30,000 nucleotides of DNA from Sutterella seckii (GTDB lineage: Bacteria; Pseudomonadota; Gammaproteobacteria; Burkholderiales; Burkholderiaceae_F), in contig NZ_WEHX01000011.1 of the NCBI RefSeq assembly GCF_009183815.1, forward strand, positions 1 to 30,000, given 5' to 3'. A model generated the notes under the pieces. That model made no database searches. It was given only the letters and a program-made list of their open reading frames with translations, and was not told the origin of the DNA. How positions within the stretch are numbered: the first letter of the stretch is position 1; each line of letters opens with the position of its first letter. Below are positions 18,098 through 27,112 of the stretch, piece by piece. A program made the translations under genes and the position numbers.

Positions 18098-18150
18098 AAG
18101 AGAAGCGCCGCAGGTTCTCATTCCTGCGGCGCTTCTCTTCTTTTGGTTTT
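18098..18150 (+). terminator. Rho-independent terminator after the DoxX gene
   Basis: A perfect 17-bp stem (18098-18114 aagagaagcgccgcagg pairing with 18123-18139 cctgcggcgcttctctt) encloses an 8-nt loop. It is followed by cttttggtttt. Confidence 0.8.
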
Positions 18151-18215
18151 CAGGAAGCAGCCTCATCCTATGCCGGGTTTGAGGCGGGTTCCTTTCAAGC
18201 GACCTCTGAGCGCAA

Positions 18216-20066
18216 TCAGCGGTCGTGGGTCTCGCTCTTCGCCTTCACGGGCTTGTAGCCGTCGGGCTCAATGAGAGCGGTGTCGAAGCCCGCAACGCGC
18301 TTCTTCCCGTCCATCGTGTAGAGCCAGATGTCGTAGGTTGCGCCCGGAATCATGTTCTGAGCGATTTCCTTGGCCTTGAAGGTGAGGACCATGTCCTTCC
18401 TGCCGTCGCCGTTCATGTCCTTAACCTCGTGCTTCACGGGCTTCGCGAGCGCGCTCACGACGCCCGTGGTGCCGATCGAGGAGCGGCCGACGCCCGCGTG
18501 GGTGCGCGAGAGATCGATCTTCGAGGCGTCGAGCTTCGCATCCGAATAGAGCACCACGTCGACCGTCTTCTCGGACTTCGGATTGATCGTGTCGGCAAGC
18601 ACCGCGACTTCGTGCGGCATGAGCTTTCTCGCCTCTTCCCCGACCGCATACTGGGCCTTGTCGAAGACTTCGGCATTGAAGGCGTGGAGATAGGCGCGAG
18701 CCTTTTCTTCGGAGAACCCAAGGAGCGCTGCGGCCTGAGTCTTCGCGGCGGCAGCATCCTTCATCCAGGCCTTCTCAAGGCCGTTCACGAACTTCGTGTT
18801 GTCCTTAAAGGCGTCGCGGTTGTAGTCGACGATGTTGGCGAGCTCGACGAAGCGGAAGGACTGCCAGTCGGGGTCGAAGCTGAAGAGTTCCGGCGTGCCC
18901 TTGAAGTGCTCGGCCGTTGCCTTATCCCAGCTCATGAAGGCAGCCGCCTTCGCGGGAGCTGCGAGCGGGAAGAAGGGAACATAGGGCGTTTCGCAGGGGC
19001 GCGCCATCGTGCGGTAGCCCGTGATGAGAAGCGGGTTCTTATCGAGCACGTAGACGCCCGATTCATGCGTGGTCGGACGGCAGAGGCCGATGCCCTGATG
19101 GTGGTACCAGCCCGGATCGTCGCCGATCTGCGGTTCATGCGTGCGAAGGAGATTCTCGACCTCCTCGACGCCCATCTTCTTCGCCTGAGTGGTGCTGTAC
19201 GGGAACTTTTCCGGATCCGTGATGTCCTGACCGATCAGCTTCTTCCAGGCGAGGTTGTTGCGCGAAAGGCTGTAGCCCGCAGCGCGGCGCTCTGCGGGCG
19301 CGACGGCCACGCGGAAGTTGAAGTCGTTGTAGACGCCGGGAACGGCGGGCTTGTAGCGGCCGTTCTTAATCGCGCGCTCAATCATGCCGGGCGCCACGAT
19401 GACGTTTTCCGTATCGGTGGCGTCGACGTGATTCATCATGAAATTGTTCGGGATGTAGACGACCTCATTGTCCTTCACGCGGCGAGCAACCCAGGTGTTG
19501 CCCTGATGAATGGCGATCTGCCAGGCTTCCTTGCTGTCCGCGACCGTGTAGGTGCGGCCTTCGGAGAAGTAGCCGTACTTCCCGAGAAGATCGATCGCAA
19601 TGTCGATGGCGTGGCGGGCGCTCGTAGCGCGCTCGGCCATCAGGCGGCGGATGCCGTAGCCGATGCCGCCGTCCTTGGTCGGCATGACGTCGTCCTCGTA
19701 GATGCCGGTGCAGGCGTTCGTCACGATCACGACGCCGTTCTCATTGACGAAGCCGTCCGAGAAGGAGGCGCCGTTCGGGTCGAAGGTCTGGGACCAGTAA
19801 AAGCCGAAGGTGTGCTTCACCTGCGGGATCGAGGCGGCAGCGGGCTCGAACTTGATCATTTCGCCATCCGCATGGTCCTGCGGCGGCACCCAGTACTGCG
19901 GATTCAGAATGCGTCCGCCGTTGTCTTCGTTGTGGCCGATGATGATCGTGCCCGTCTTGCTCGCGTCCTTGCCGACGATGACGGTCGAGCAGCCGATCGC
20001 ATTGAAGGTGAGCGCGCTCAGCGCGATGCCGACGGCTGCGGCGACTGCCTTGAACTTCATGGACAT
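18216..20066 (-). CDS. Secreted peptidase family C69 (dipeptidase A-like Ntn hydrolase) with a C-terminal extra domain
   Basis: ORF 18216..20081(-). The ATG at 20064-20066 has GGAGAG 8 nt upstream. The signal peptide 'MSMKFKAVAAAVGIALSALTFNAIG' is followed by the nucleophile Cys in 'CSTVIVGKDASKTG'. It also has 'GHNEDN' and 'GYGIRRL', typical of C69. The C-terminal roughly 120 aa ('DMNGDGRKDMVLTF') look like an FG-GAP/Ca-binding-type add-on. Confidence 0.85.
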   Translation of the reverse strand: MSMKFKAVAAAVGIALSALTFNAIGCSTVIVGKDASKTGTIIIGHNEDNGGRILNPQYWVPPQDHADGEMIKFEPAAASIPQVKHTFGFYWSQTFDPNGASFSDGFVNENGVVIVTNACTGIYEDDVMPTKDGGIGYGIRRLMAERATSARHAIDIAIDLLGKYGYFSEGRTYTVADSKEAWQIAIHQGNTWVARRVKDNEVVYIPNNFMMNHVDATDTENVIVAPGMIERAIKNGRYKPAVPGVYNDFNFRVAVAPAERRAAGYSLSRNNLAWKKLIGQDITDPEKFPYSTTQAKKMGVEEVENLLRTHEPQIGDDPGWYHHQGIGLCRPTTHESGVYVLDKNPLLITGYRTMARPCETPYVPFFPLAAPAKAAAFMSWDKATAEHFKGTPELFSFDPDWQSFRFVELANIVDYNRDAFKDNTKFVNGLEKAWMKDAAAAKTQAAALLGFSEEKARAYLHAFNAEVFDKAQYAVGEEARKLMPHEVAVLADTINPKSEKTVDVVLYSDAKLDASKIDLSRTHAGVGRSSIGTTGVVSALAKPVKHEVKDMNGDGRKDMVLTFKAKEIAQNMIPGATYDIWLYTMDGKKRVAGFDTALIEPDGYKPVKAKSETHDR

Positions 20067-20614
20067 AGTAATTCTCTCCATTTGGTGGTATTTCTGTTTT
20101 CAGCTCTTTTGGACGCTTTCAAAGCGCCTCCCGGCTGTGGAGAGGAGTTTAAGACATTTACCCTAGATCTCTATTCGGAAAAGTCCCAACTTCAGTTCAT
20201 GCTCACGGCGTGATTTTTGTGGTTCATAGGTTTACAGCCGCTTCCTGGAAAATCTAAAGCACAACTTCTTATTGTTTTATATGGAATAAGTGTTAGTAAA
20301 TGGCCAATGCAACAAATATTCTCATGAGGAATAATCACTATTCCTGACATTCCGACGGTTTAAAGATCGACCAGTGCGCGGATCCGAACAGGTTTGCTTC
20401 CGGCAGATCCCGCCCGCTTCTTGATTTTTGTATTTCGCTTTCAATGAAGGAAGCCTCCCTCGGGCGAGGCATGCATACCGCATCTCTTATGTCAGCGGGC
20501 GAAAGCACTGCAATGGCAGCCCTCTGATTACAAACGCTTTAATTCCGCTCGTACACCTGTGGTAATTTCGAGGAACCGATCCTTTTCTCTTATCTTTCTT
20601 CTCCCGACGAACTC

Positions 20615-22765
20615 ATGCAGTTTCGCAAAGCGCTCACTGCCGCCACGGCCGCCGTAGCCATCATTCCCATCGTCGTGCTTGCCGCCTTCGAGTGGCGGAA
20701 CGTCCTCAGCGAAATGGATGCGCTCGAAAAGAGGCAGAGAATGACGGCCGAGCGCATTGCAGAAGCGATCAATGCGAGACTCTCCTCTGCTCTCGAACTC
20801 ATGCTCCTCGCAGCCTCGGAACTGCCGGAACTATCCTCTGCCGAAGCAAGAAACAGGACTCTTGCCCATATCGCCCGCGCCGAGCCGGCGTTTCTCAATC
20901 TGCATTTCGACACGCCCGAAGGCATCTCAAGCGGCTTCCATCCGCTTCTCAATCCGGCGGGCGTTCCCAACAACGGCGTTGATCACCGCGGGCGCAGGCA
21001 CTGGAAGGAACGGCGAACCGATGCGCCTTACTGGATCTCAGCGAGCTTTGAGGCAACCGGCGCTGCCGATGAACGCATCGTCAACATCGGCGCTCAGGCG
21101 AGAACCCGGTCCGGTGAACTGGCCGGCTTCGCCGTCTGCGCGCTCGACCTCAAGAAGTTTGCTGCGATCGCCGCTGAGTACGAAAATCCCGGCGACGCAA
21201 TCTGGATTACCGACAGTAAAGGCGGAATTCTCTATGCTTCCCGCGGGATTGAGGCAGCGCCCATCAGTGCTTTTGAGGCGCTCATTCCGGAGGGAAGCCC
21301 GACCGCTCCCGGACCGATTCCATTCAAGGCCTCTCAGGGCCAGAAAGTCCTCGAGGGGTGGTTTGCCGAAACCGGCCTCAGCGGAGACTGGCGCGTGATG
21401 GCTGCCAAACCCAATGCGCTCCGCCAGATGGAACTCACCGGAATTGTTCTCCGGAGCCTCTTCCTCATTCTCTTTGTTCTTGGAGCCTCCGGTTTAGCGG
21501 GCATGCTAGCCCGACGACCGATTGAAAAGGCGCTCTTCAAGCTTCAAAGCCAGGTAGCGGCGGCGAGACCCGAGCCGCTCCCTGACGAGCGCATACATTC
21601 GCTCTCCGAGTTCGAAGCGCTTCAGGCTGAATTCGGCCGCCTGATGAAGCGGCTCTCCATCGCCCGCGAGGAAATCGAGTCGGTCAACCGCCATCTCGCC
21701 GACGAAGTCGCCCGACAGACACAAGCGCTCCGAACCCAGATGGAAATGCTCTCCAGAATTTTTGAGAGCCTTGCTGACGGGCTTCTTCTGCTCGACCAGG
21801 AGGGCGCCATTGTCTGGGCCAATCAACGCGCGGAGCGCCTCTTCACAGCATCCGCTTCCGGAAAGATCCTCGGCTCAGCTGCCGGAACGCTTTTTGCCCA
21901 ATGCCTGCAGTCGGGCAATGCGTCTCCTGCCCCGGAGGCCGTGCTCTCCGGCGGCACGCACCGGTTTCAGCTCAGATCCTCTTCCGGCGAACGGTTTCTC
22001 GACGTAACGGCCTTTCCCATTGAGGGAGGCGACCGCTTCGCACGCGGCATTCTCCTTCATGACGCTACGGACGCCGCCAGAATGGAAAGCCTCAAAGAGA
22101 ATCTCATCGGCGTTGTGGCGCATGAGCTCAAAACGCCGCTCGCGGCCATTGCGCTCTCAGCAGAAACGCTGGCCCGTCAGGATGCCGGCTGGAGCGAAGA
22201 ATTCCAGAACGATCTTCTTCAGGGAATGCGCCGGGAAGTCGGGGCGCTCCAGCAGCTGATTTCCGACTGGCTCGATGTGGCGCGCATTGACGGCGGCACC
22301 TTCATCATTCAAAAGCGGATCGTGCAGCTGAAGCCCATCATCCTGCGCGCGCAGAAGCGCGTCCGGGCGCTCGGACCGGCTCAGATCCGAATCACGATTG
22401 AGCCGGACGCAGAGTGCGTCAACGTTGACCCGGACCGGTTCCTCCAGCTTCTCACAAATCTCCTCTCAAACAGCGTCCGCTACCGGGCCCTGGAGCGCGA
22501 GTGCATCATTGACGTTCATGCGGAAAAGAAGCACTCCGAGCTTCTCCTCTCCGTCACTGACAACGGCATCGGCATTCCCGAAGGCGAGGAAAGGAGAATC
22601 TTCGACCGCTTTTATCAGGTCAACATGGGAATGCGCCGAAGAAGCGGCGGCACCGGTCTCGGCCTCGTCATTTCGCTTGCGATCGTTCGCGCTCACGGCG
22701 GAACGATTGAAGTCGCGAGCACGCCCGGCGTCGGCAGCACGTTCACTGTCAGAATTCCCTATTGA
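20615..22765 (+). CDS. Sensor histidine kinase (TM, periplasmic Cache-like domain, TM, HAMP/coiled-coil, PAS, HisKA, HATPase)
   Basis: 716 aa. TM1 is 'AATAAVAIIPIVVLAAF', followed by a periplasmic segment of about 250 aa. TM2 is 'GIVLRSLFLILFVLGASGLAGML'. PAS is 'IFESLADGLLLLDQEGAIVWANQRAERLF'. The H-box is 'VAHELKTPL'. The N/G boxes are 'LLSNSVRY', 'DNGIGIP' and 'GGTGLGLVISLAIVRAHGG'. Confidence 0.9.
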   Translation: MQFRKALTAATAAVAIIPIVVLAAFEWRNVLSEMDALEKRQRMTAERIAEAINARLSSALELMLLAASELPELSSAEARNRTLAHIARAEPAFLNLHFDTPEGISSGFHPLLNPAGVPNNGVDHRGRRHWKERRTDAPYWISASFEATGAADERIVNIGAQARTRSGELAGFAVCALDLKKFAAIAAEYENPGDAIWITDSKGGILYASRGIEAAPISAFEALIPEGSPTAPGPIPFKASQGQKVLEGWFAETGLSGDWRVMAAKPNALRQMELTGIVLRSLFLILFVLGASGLAGMLARRPIEKALFKLQSQVAAARPEPLPDERIHSLSEFEALQAEFGRLMKRLSIAREEIESVNRHLADEVARQTQALRTQMEMLSRIFESLADGLLLLDQEGAIVWANQRAERLFTASASGKILGSAAGTLFAQCLQSGNASPAPEAVLSGGTHRFQLRSSSGERFLDVTAFPIEGGDRFARGILLHDATDAARMESLKENLIGVVAHELKTPLAAIALSAETLARQDAGWSEEFQNDLLQGMRREVGALQQLISDWLDVARIDGGTFIIQKRIVQLKPIILRAQKRVRALGPAQIRITIEPDAECVNVDPDRFLQLLTNLLSNSVRYRALERECIIDVHAEKKHSELLLSVTDNGIGIPEGEERRIFDRFYQVNMGMRRRSGGTGLGLVISLAIVRAHGGTIEVASTPGVGSTFTVRIPY

Positions 22766-23557
22766 ATGGATTCACGCCCATCCTCCCTGCCGCATTTCTC
22801 AAAATCAGCCATGACAACTTCCAGTCCCGACGCCGCCCGCCCGCTCATTCTCATCATCGACGACGAAAGCAGAATCCGCCGTCTCGTCGCAGCGAATCTC
22901 GAAACGCTCGGCTACGACACGGCCCAGGCCGCTGACGGCGAAATCGGGTTTGACATCTGGAAGCGCCTTGAACCGAAGCCGCAGCTCATCGTGCTCGACC
23001 TGATGATGCCCGGCATGGACGGCTTCGCCTTCCTTCAGAAGATTCGGGAGGAAAGCGAGGTGCCCGTCATTCTGCTCACGGCCCGTTCGGAACTCTCCGA
23101 CAAAACCAAATGCCTGAGCGCCGGTGCCGACGACTACCTTGTGAAGCCCTTTGCCATGGAGGAGCTTGCCGCGCGCATTGCGGCAGTATTGAGAAGAACT
23201 TCCGTCAGGGCCTCTGCGGCGGCAGGTGCGCCCCGCGCGGAAGAATTCGTCAACGGTCCGCTCATCCTGGTCCCGGAAAAACGCGAATGCCGGTGGGGAG
23301 CCGCTCCTATACGGCTTTCCGACACGGAATTCCGGCTCCTTCTGGCGCTCGTGAAGCACCCGGGCGCCGTCATTGCGCATGACGCCCTGATCCGGGAGGT
23401 CTGGGGCGCCGAACACCTCGGCGAACTTTCGCTCCTTCGCGTCGCCTTCGCCCGCATCCGCCGAAAACTCTCGGAAGCCGGCGCCGACGGCTCCGTCATC
23501 TCTTCCTACTCCGGCGTGGGCTACGTCATCACCGACCTCTCGGAATCCTTTGATTGA
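22766..23557 (+). CDS. OmpR/PhoB-family response regulator
   Basis: REC domain motifs are 'LILIIDDE', 'DLMMPGMDG', 'ILLTAR' and 'GADDYLVKPF'. Winged-helix motifs are 'LSDTEFRLLLALVKHPG', 'LRVAFARIRRKL' and 'GVGYVI'. The ATG at 22766 abuts the kinase stop (TGAATG), which suggests translational coupling. The ATG at 22811 is an alternative start that gives a shorter N-terminus. Confidence 0.85.
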   Translation: MDSRPSSLPHFSKSAMTTSSPDAARPLILIIDDESRIRRLVAANLETLGYDTAQAADGEIGFDIWKRLEPKPQLIVLDLMMPGMDGFAFLQKIREESEVPVILLTARSELSDKTKCLSAGADDYLVKPFAMEELAARIAAVLRRTSVRASAAAGAPRAEEFVNGPLILVPEKRECRWGAAPIRLSDTEFRLLLALVKHPGAVIAHDALIREVWGAEHLGELSLLRVAFARIRRKLSEAGADGSVISSYSGVGYVITDLSESFD

Positions 23558-23681
23558 AATCTTTTTGCAACCTTCGTCGACGCCATTGATGCGGGTATGA
23601 AATCTTCTCCTTCTAAGCTTTCCAATAACTCACGGGAGCCCTGACCGGCTCCCTTTTGAAAGATCAGAAGGAGACGAAAAA

Positions 23682-25219
23682 ATGAACCGCAGTCCCGCCG
23701 CCAGTTTCTTACCCGTTCCGCCGGAGCCGCTCTCGGCGCCGCCGCTCTCGCGCCTTTTGCCGCGCAATCCGCGCACGCCGCGCCGGCCGACCGCAAATGG
23801 GATGAAGAAGTCGACGTGATCGTGGTCGGCACGGGCATCGCCGGGACGATTGCCGCCATTGCCGCAGCTGAAAAAGGCTCCAAAGTCCTGATGCTCGAGA
23901 AAATGTCCTTCCCCGGCGGCACGTCTCTCGTGTCCGGTCTCGACTTTGCCTGCGTCGGCTCTCCGCTTCAGAAGGAAAAAGGCGTCAAGGACGCTCCCGA
24001 ACTCCTCGCCGGCGACATGGCGAAGGTTTCGGGCGGCTTCGGAAGCTATGAACGCGCTCTCCTGATGGCAAAGACCACCGCCCGCGTGGAATCTTTCCTC
24101 ACCGCTCACGGCGTCAAGTGGGACGGGCGTCTCCTCAAGCTCGGCGGCCACAGCGTTGCGCGCGGCCTTTCCGCACAAGGGGGCGGCGCCGGCATGCTTT
24201 CCGCGCTCTGGAACTGGATGAAGGCGCATTCAGACATTCAGATCCGCACGAAGTGCCGCGCCGAGGAAGTGCTTTTCAATGAAAAGGGTGAAGCCTCCGG
24301 CCTCCGGGTTCGCGAAGGCTATGTGTTCTCGCGCAATGCAGACGACGACTGGGCGAATGCAACCGGCGTCATGAAGACGATCCGCGCCCGCCAGGCGGTG
24401 GTTTTCGCAACCGGCGGCTATGCCCAGGACAAGGCCTTCCGCTCGTCCGAGGTTCCCTTCCTCGCGGGCGTTGTATCGACCACCAATGCGGGCGCCACGG
24501 CCGGTTCCCTGAAGACGCTCGAAGCGGCCGGCGCTCAGGCCGTGCAGCTTTCGCTTTTCCGCTTTGCCTATCCGCTCCCGACCGAAGACATGATCTGGGG
24601 CATGCTCATTGACCCGGCCACCGGACGCCGCTTCATGAGCGAAGGCGAAACGCGCAATACGCTCGCGAGCGCCGTCCTTCAGCATCGTCTGCGCAACGGG
24701 GACCGCAAGCCCTTCATCGTCTGGGACGAAAAGGCGCTCAAAAAATTCCACAACATGAAGCGTCTCGAGCAGAGTCTTGCCGACAAGAACGGCATCGACG
24801 GCGCGATTCTCAAATTCGCATCGCTCGATGAACTTGCGAAGCACTACAGCACCGACGGCAAGGCGCTCCAGGAAAGCCTCGTCAAGTACAACGAGCTGAT
24901 TGCCGGCGGCAGGGACACGGAGTTCAATAAGCCCATGGAGCGCTCCGGGCGCAAGGTGGAGCCGCTTTCCGCGGAAGGCCCCTTCTACACGATGGTCGTG
25001 ACGCCCCGCCTCAACTACACGCCGGGCGGCATCCGCACCAATGAAAAGGCTCAGGCAATCCGCCTTCGCGACGGCGCGCCGATTCCGAGACTCTATGTTG
25101 CGGGCGAAGCTTCGGGCGGCCTTCACGGGCAGGAGCGCCTCACGGCCTGCTCCATGCCGGACTGCTCATCCTTCGGCCTGATTGCAGGGGAAAACGCGGC
25201 TGCTGAAACGCGCATCTGA
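23682..25219 (+). pseudogene. Tat-signal FAD-dependent flavin reductase (flavocytochrome-c fumarate-reductase / FAD_binding_2 family); the start codon and signal peptide are separated from the body by a 1-nt frameshift
   Basis: ORF 23816..25219 begins at a GTG inside the GxGxxG fold 'DVIVVGTGIAGT'. It contains 'LEKMSFPGGTS', 'ATGGYA' and 'RLYVAGEASGGLHGQERL'. The same frame upstream (23660-23815) has no start codon but encodes a twin-arginine signal, 'SRRQFLTRSAGAALGAAALAPFAAQSAHA/AP'. The only good start is the ATG at 23682 (GGAG about 8 nt upstream), which is one base out of frame. Adding one C to the CCC run at 23694-23696 gives 'MNRSPRRQFL...'. Confidence 0.75.
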
Positions 25220-25299
25220 GCGACTGCCGGTTACGTCCCCACAAGAAAACGTCCGCTTCTTCCTCACGCCTGGAGCCTGAGGGAGAAACGGCCGGCGTG

Positions 25300-25349
25300 A
25301 AGCCTCTTCCAGGACAACTCTGCCATTCCTGGAAGAGGCTTTTTTTTTA
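25300..25349 (+). terminator. Rho-independent terminator after the Tat flavin reductase gene
   Basis: A perfect 15-bp stem (25300-25314 aagcctcttccagga pairing with 25327-25341 tcctggaagaggctt) encloses a 12-nt loop. The run of 8 T at 25341-25348 begins with the last stem base. Confidence 0.85.
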
Positions 25350-25507
25350 TCTGCCATCTCATCCAGATCAGCCGCTCAGAGAGCGACAAAATGTGCAATA
25401 GTCCGACATTGTTGACATTCAGGAGGCCGGACGGGCCTTTTATCATGGAAGCTTCAGCCGTCAAAATTCTCGAAAATCCCAAGCGTCTTCGTTAGATTCG
25501 CGATCAG

Positions 25508-26773
25508 ATGGTCGTGCGCGACGTATCGCTCGACAGCGACGACACGGTTTATCCCGCGCTTACCGCGCTGATTGCCCGGACGCTCGAAGAGACCGGACTC
25601 GTAGAAGACATGGCCCAGGCGCTCGGATACAACCCGGCGCTCACGCTCCATCTCCTCAATGCCGCTGTCGGCTCGACCGCCTCCTCTCTCCTCACGGAGA
25701 GCTTCAGACGGAAGGACCTCTCCGACCTCACCGACCGGGCCGTCGTCTCGCGTCCGAGCAAGCTTTTCGGTTCGGGTGCTCTGAGCGAAATGGAGATGAA
25801 CGACCTCTTCCGCGAAATCAGCCGTAGCCCCAACCTCCTCCCGCGCTTCAACGTTGCCCGCATCCGGCGCTCGGGCGCGAAGCGCCTCGCCGTTTCCATC
25901 GGCATGGAACCGATCGTCCGCTGCAGCCCGAGCTTCGCGAAATCTTCGATTTCCATTTTGGACTTCACTGAGCCCTATGACCCCAGGATTCTGGGCGGCT
26001 TCCCGTCGAAAGCAAATTATCCGGACTGTGCCAAGGCGGCGTTCGAAGCCGTTCAATGCCTCCTTGACCGCACGGGCGCCCTGAAGGAAGGCTACGACGT
26101 CACCGTAGTCGACTGGATTACCTCGCTTTCCGACTTCCGGTCGCTTGCCAAGCTCGAAAAGAAAGGCTTCAAGTTCTTTGCTCAATCGATCATCGATCTT
26201 GAACCTGCTGAAGGAATCGCCCGGAAGCTCGTGAAAAAGGATGCGGACGATAATCCGGAATGGAAGAAGACGGGCAGCTCCGCTGAAACCATTTCCGGTC
26301 TGGAACTCCCTCGTTTTGAGAAACCGGTCTCGGCCGTGTTTCTGCATGAAAAATCCTATGAAGACGCAGCGGCCGAAGACCTCGAATGGATACTGAACGA
26401 CGGGGGCCTCACGCAGGAAGAATTTCAAAAGAAAAGAGAAATCTGCGGCTTCCAGGCGTTCTTTACCAACAATGCCGGGCTCGATCTCATGAATGTCGAG
26501 GGAATCTGGTACCAGAACTTCGACGCGATCCCGCATGATGCAAAGACCATCGCCGACTGCATGGACGCTTACAACGGCACCAGCTTTGAGGGCGCTTCGC
26601 CTCAGGGACGGTTCTTCATGACGTACGTCGTCATCGCGGTCATTGACGCGCTGTACGCGAAATATCTGAAGAAGGTCGGCGTCGACGACGAATACGACGA
26701 GATTGACGGCTACCCGGACAACTTCATCGCCTCGCTTGTGAGGCTCCAGACGCTCGGCGTCGTGCAGGACTAG
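25508..26773 (+). CDS. Hypothetical protein; weak by-eye resemblance to IS4/IS1634-family DDE transposases, possibly a degenerate remnant
   Basis: 421-aa ORF with protein-like composition and a GC-rich third codon position, unlike the Arg-rich antisense ORF 25454..26962. Loose transposase-like landmarks are 'ILDFTEPY...GFPSKANYPDC', 'VTVVDWITS...KKGFKFFAQ' and 'IWYQNFDAIPHDAK...FFMTYVVIAVIDALYAKYL'. The frame continues upstream to an ATG at 25391, apart from one in-frame TAG at 25493-25495. I found no terminal inverted repeats. The family call is low confidence. Confidence 0.45.
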   Translation: MVVRDVSLDSDDTVYPALTALIARTLEETGLVEDMAQALGYNPALTLHLLNAAVGSTASSLLTESFRRKDLSDLTDRAVVSRPSKLFGSGALSEMEMNDLFREISRSPNLLPRFNVARIRRSGAKRLAVSIGMEPIVRCSPSFAKSSISILDFTEPYDPRILGGFPSKANYPDCAKAAFEAVQCLLDRTGALKEGYDVTVVDWITSLSDFRSLAKLEKKGFKFFAQSIIDLEPAEGIARKLVKKDADDNPEWKKTGSSAETISGLELPRFEKPVSAVFLHEKSYEDAAAEDLEWILNDGGLTQEEFQKKREICGFQAFFTNNAGLDLMNVEGIWYQNFDAIPHDAKTIADCMDAYNGTSFEGASPQGRFFMTYVVIAVIDALYAKYLKKVGVDDEYDEIDGYPDNFIASLVRLQTLGVVQD

Positions 26774-27000
26774 GGTGCAGCCGAAATGCGCTTTGCCGCG
26801 CCCGAGCATGAACTTCAGGCGTGCCGCGATGCCGCCCGCGGAGGACCTCCTCGAGTCGGCGCAGAAGGCCTGGGACGGGACCTCCGTCAATCCGGTGCTC
26901 GCACGCATCCGCGCTGCATCGAAGTCGTAAGTTCGCGAAAGCGCCCTTCCGCTTTCCATCATCCGGAGCAGGAATCCGCAGCCTGATTCCCGCCCAATAA

Positions 27001-27035
27001 AGAGCCGCCGGGACCCTGAAAGTTCCGGCGGCTCT
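27001..27035 (-). terminator. Probable terminator hairpin downstream of the FMN/FAD reductase gene
   Basis: An 11-bp stem, agagccgccgg (27001-27011) pairing with ccggcggctct (27025-27035). On the minus strand it is followed by TTATTGGG. A second GC hairpin, ggcggcgc...gcgccgcc, lies at about 27052-27077. Confidence 0.5.
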
Positions 27036-27112
27036 CTTTCGCTTCATCCCCGGCGGCGCTCCAGACGCTGCGCCGCCTTAGGAAAGAAACGATCGGTTAA
27101 GACCCAGGGAAA

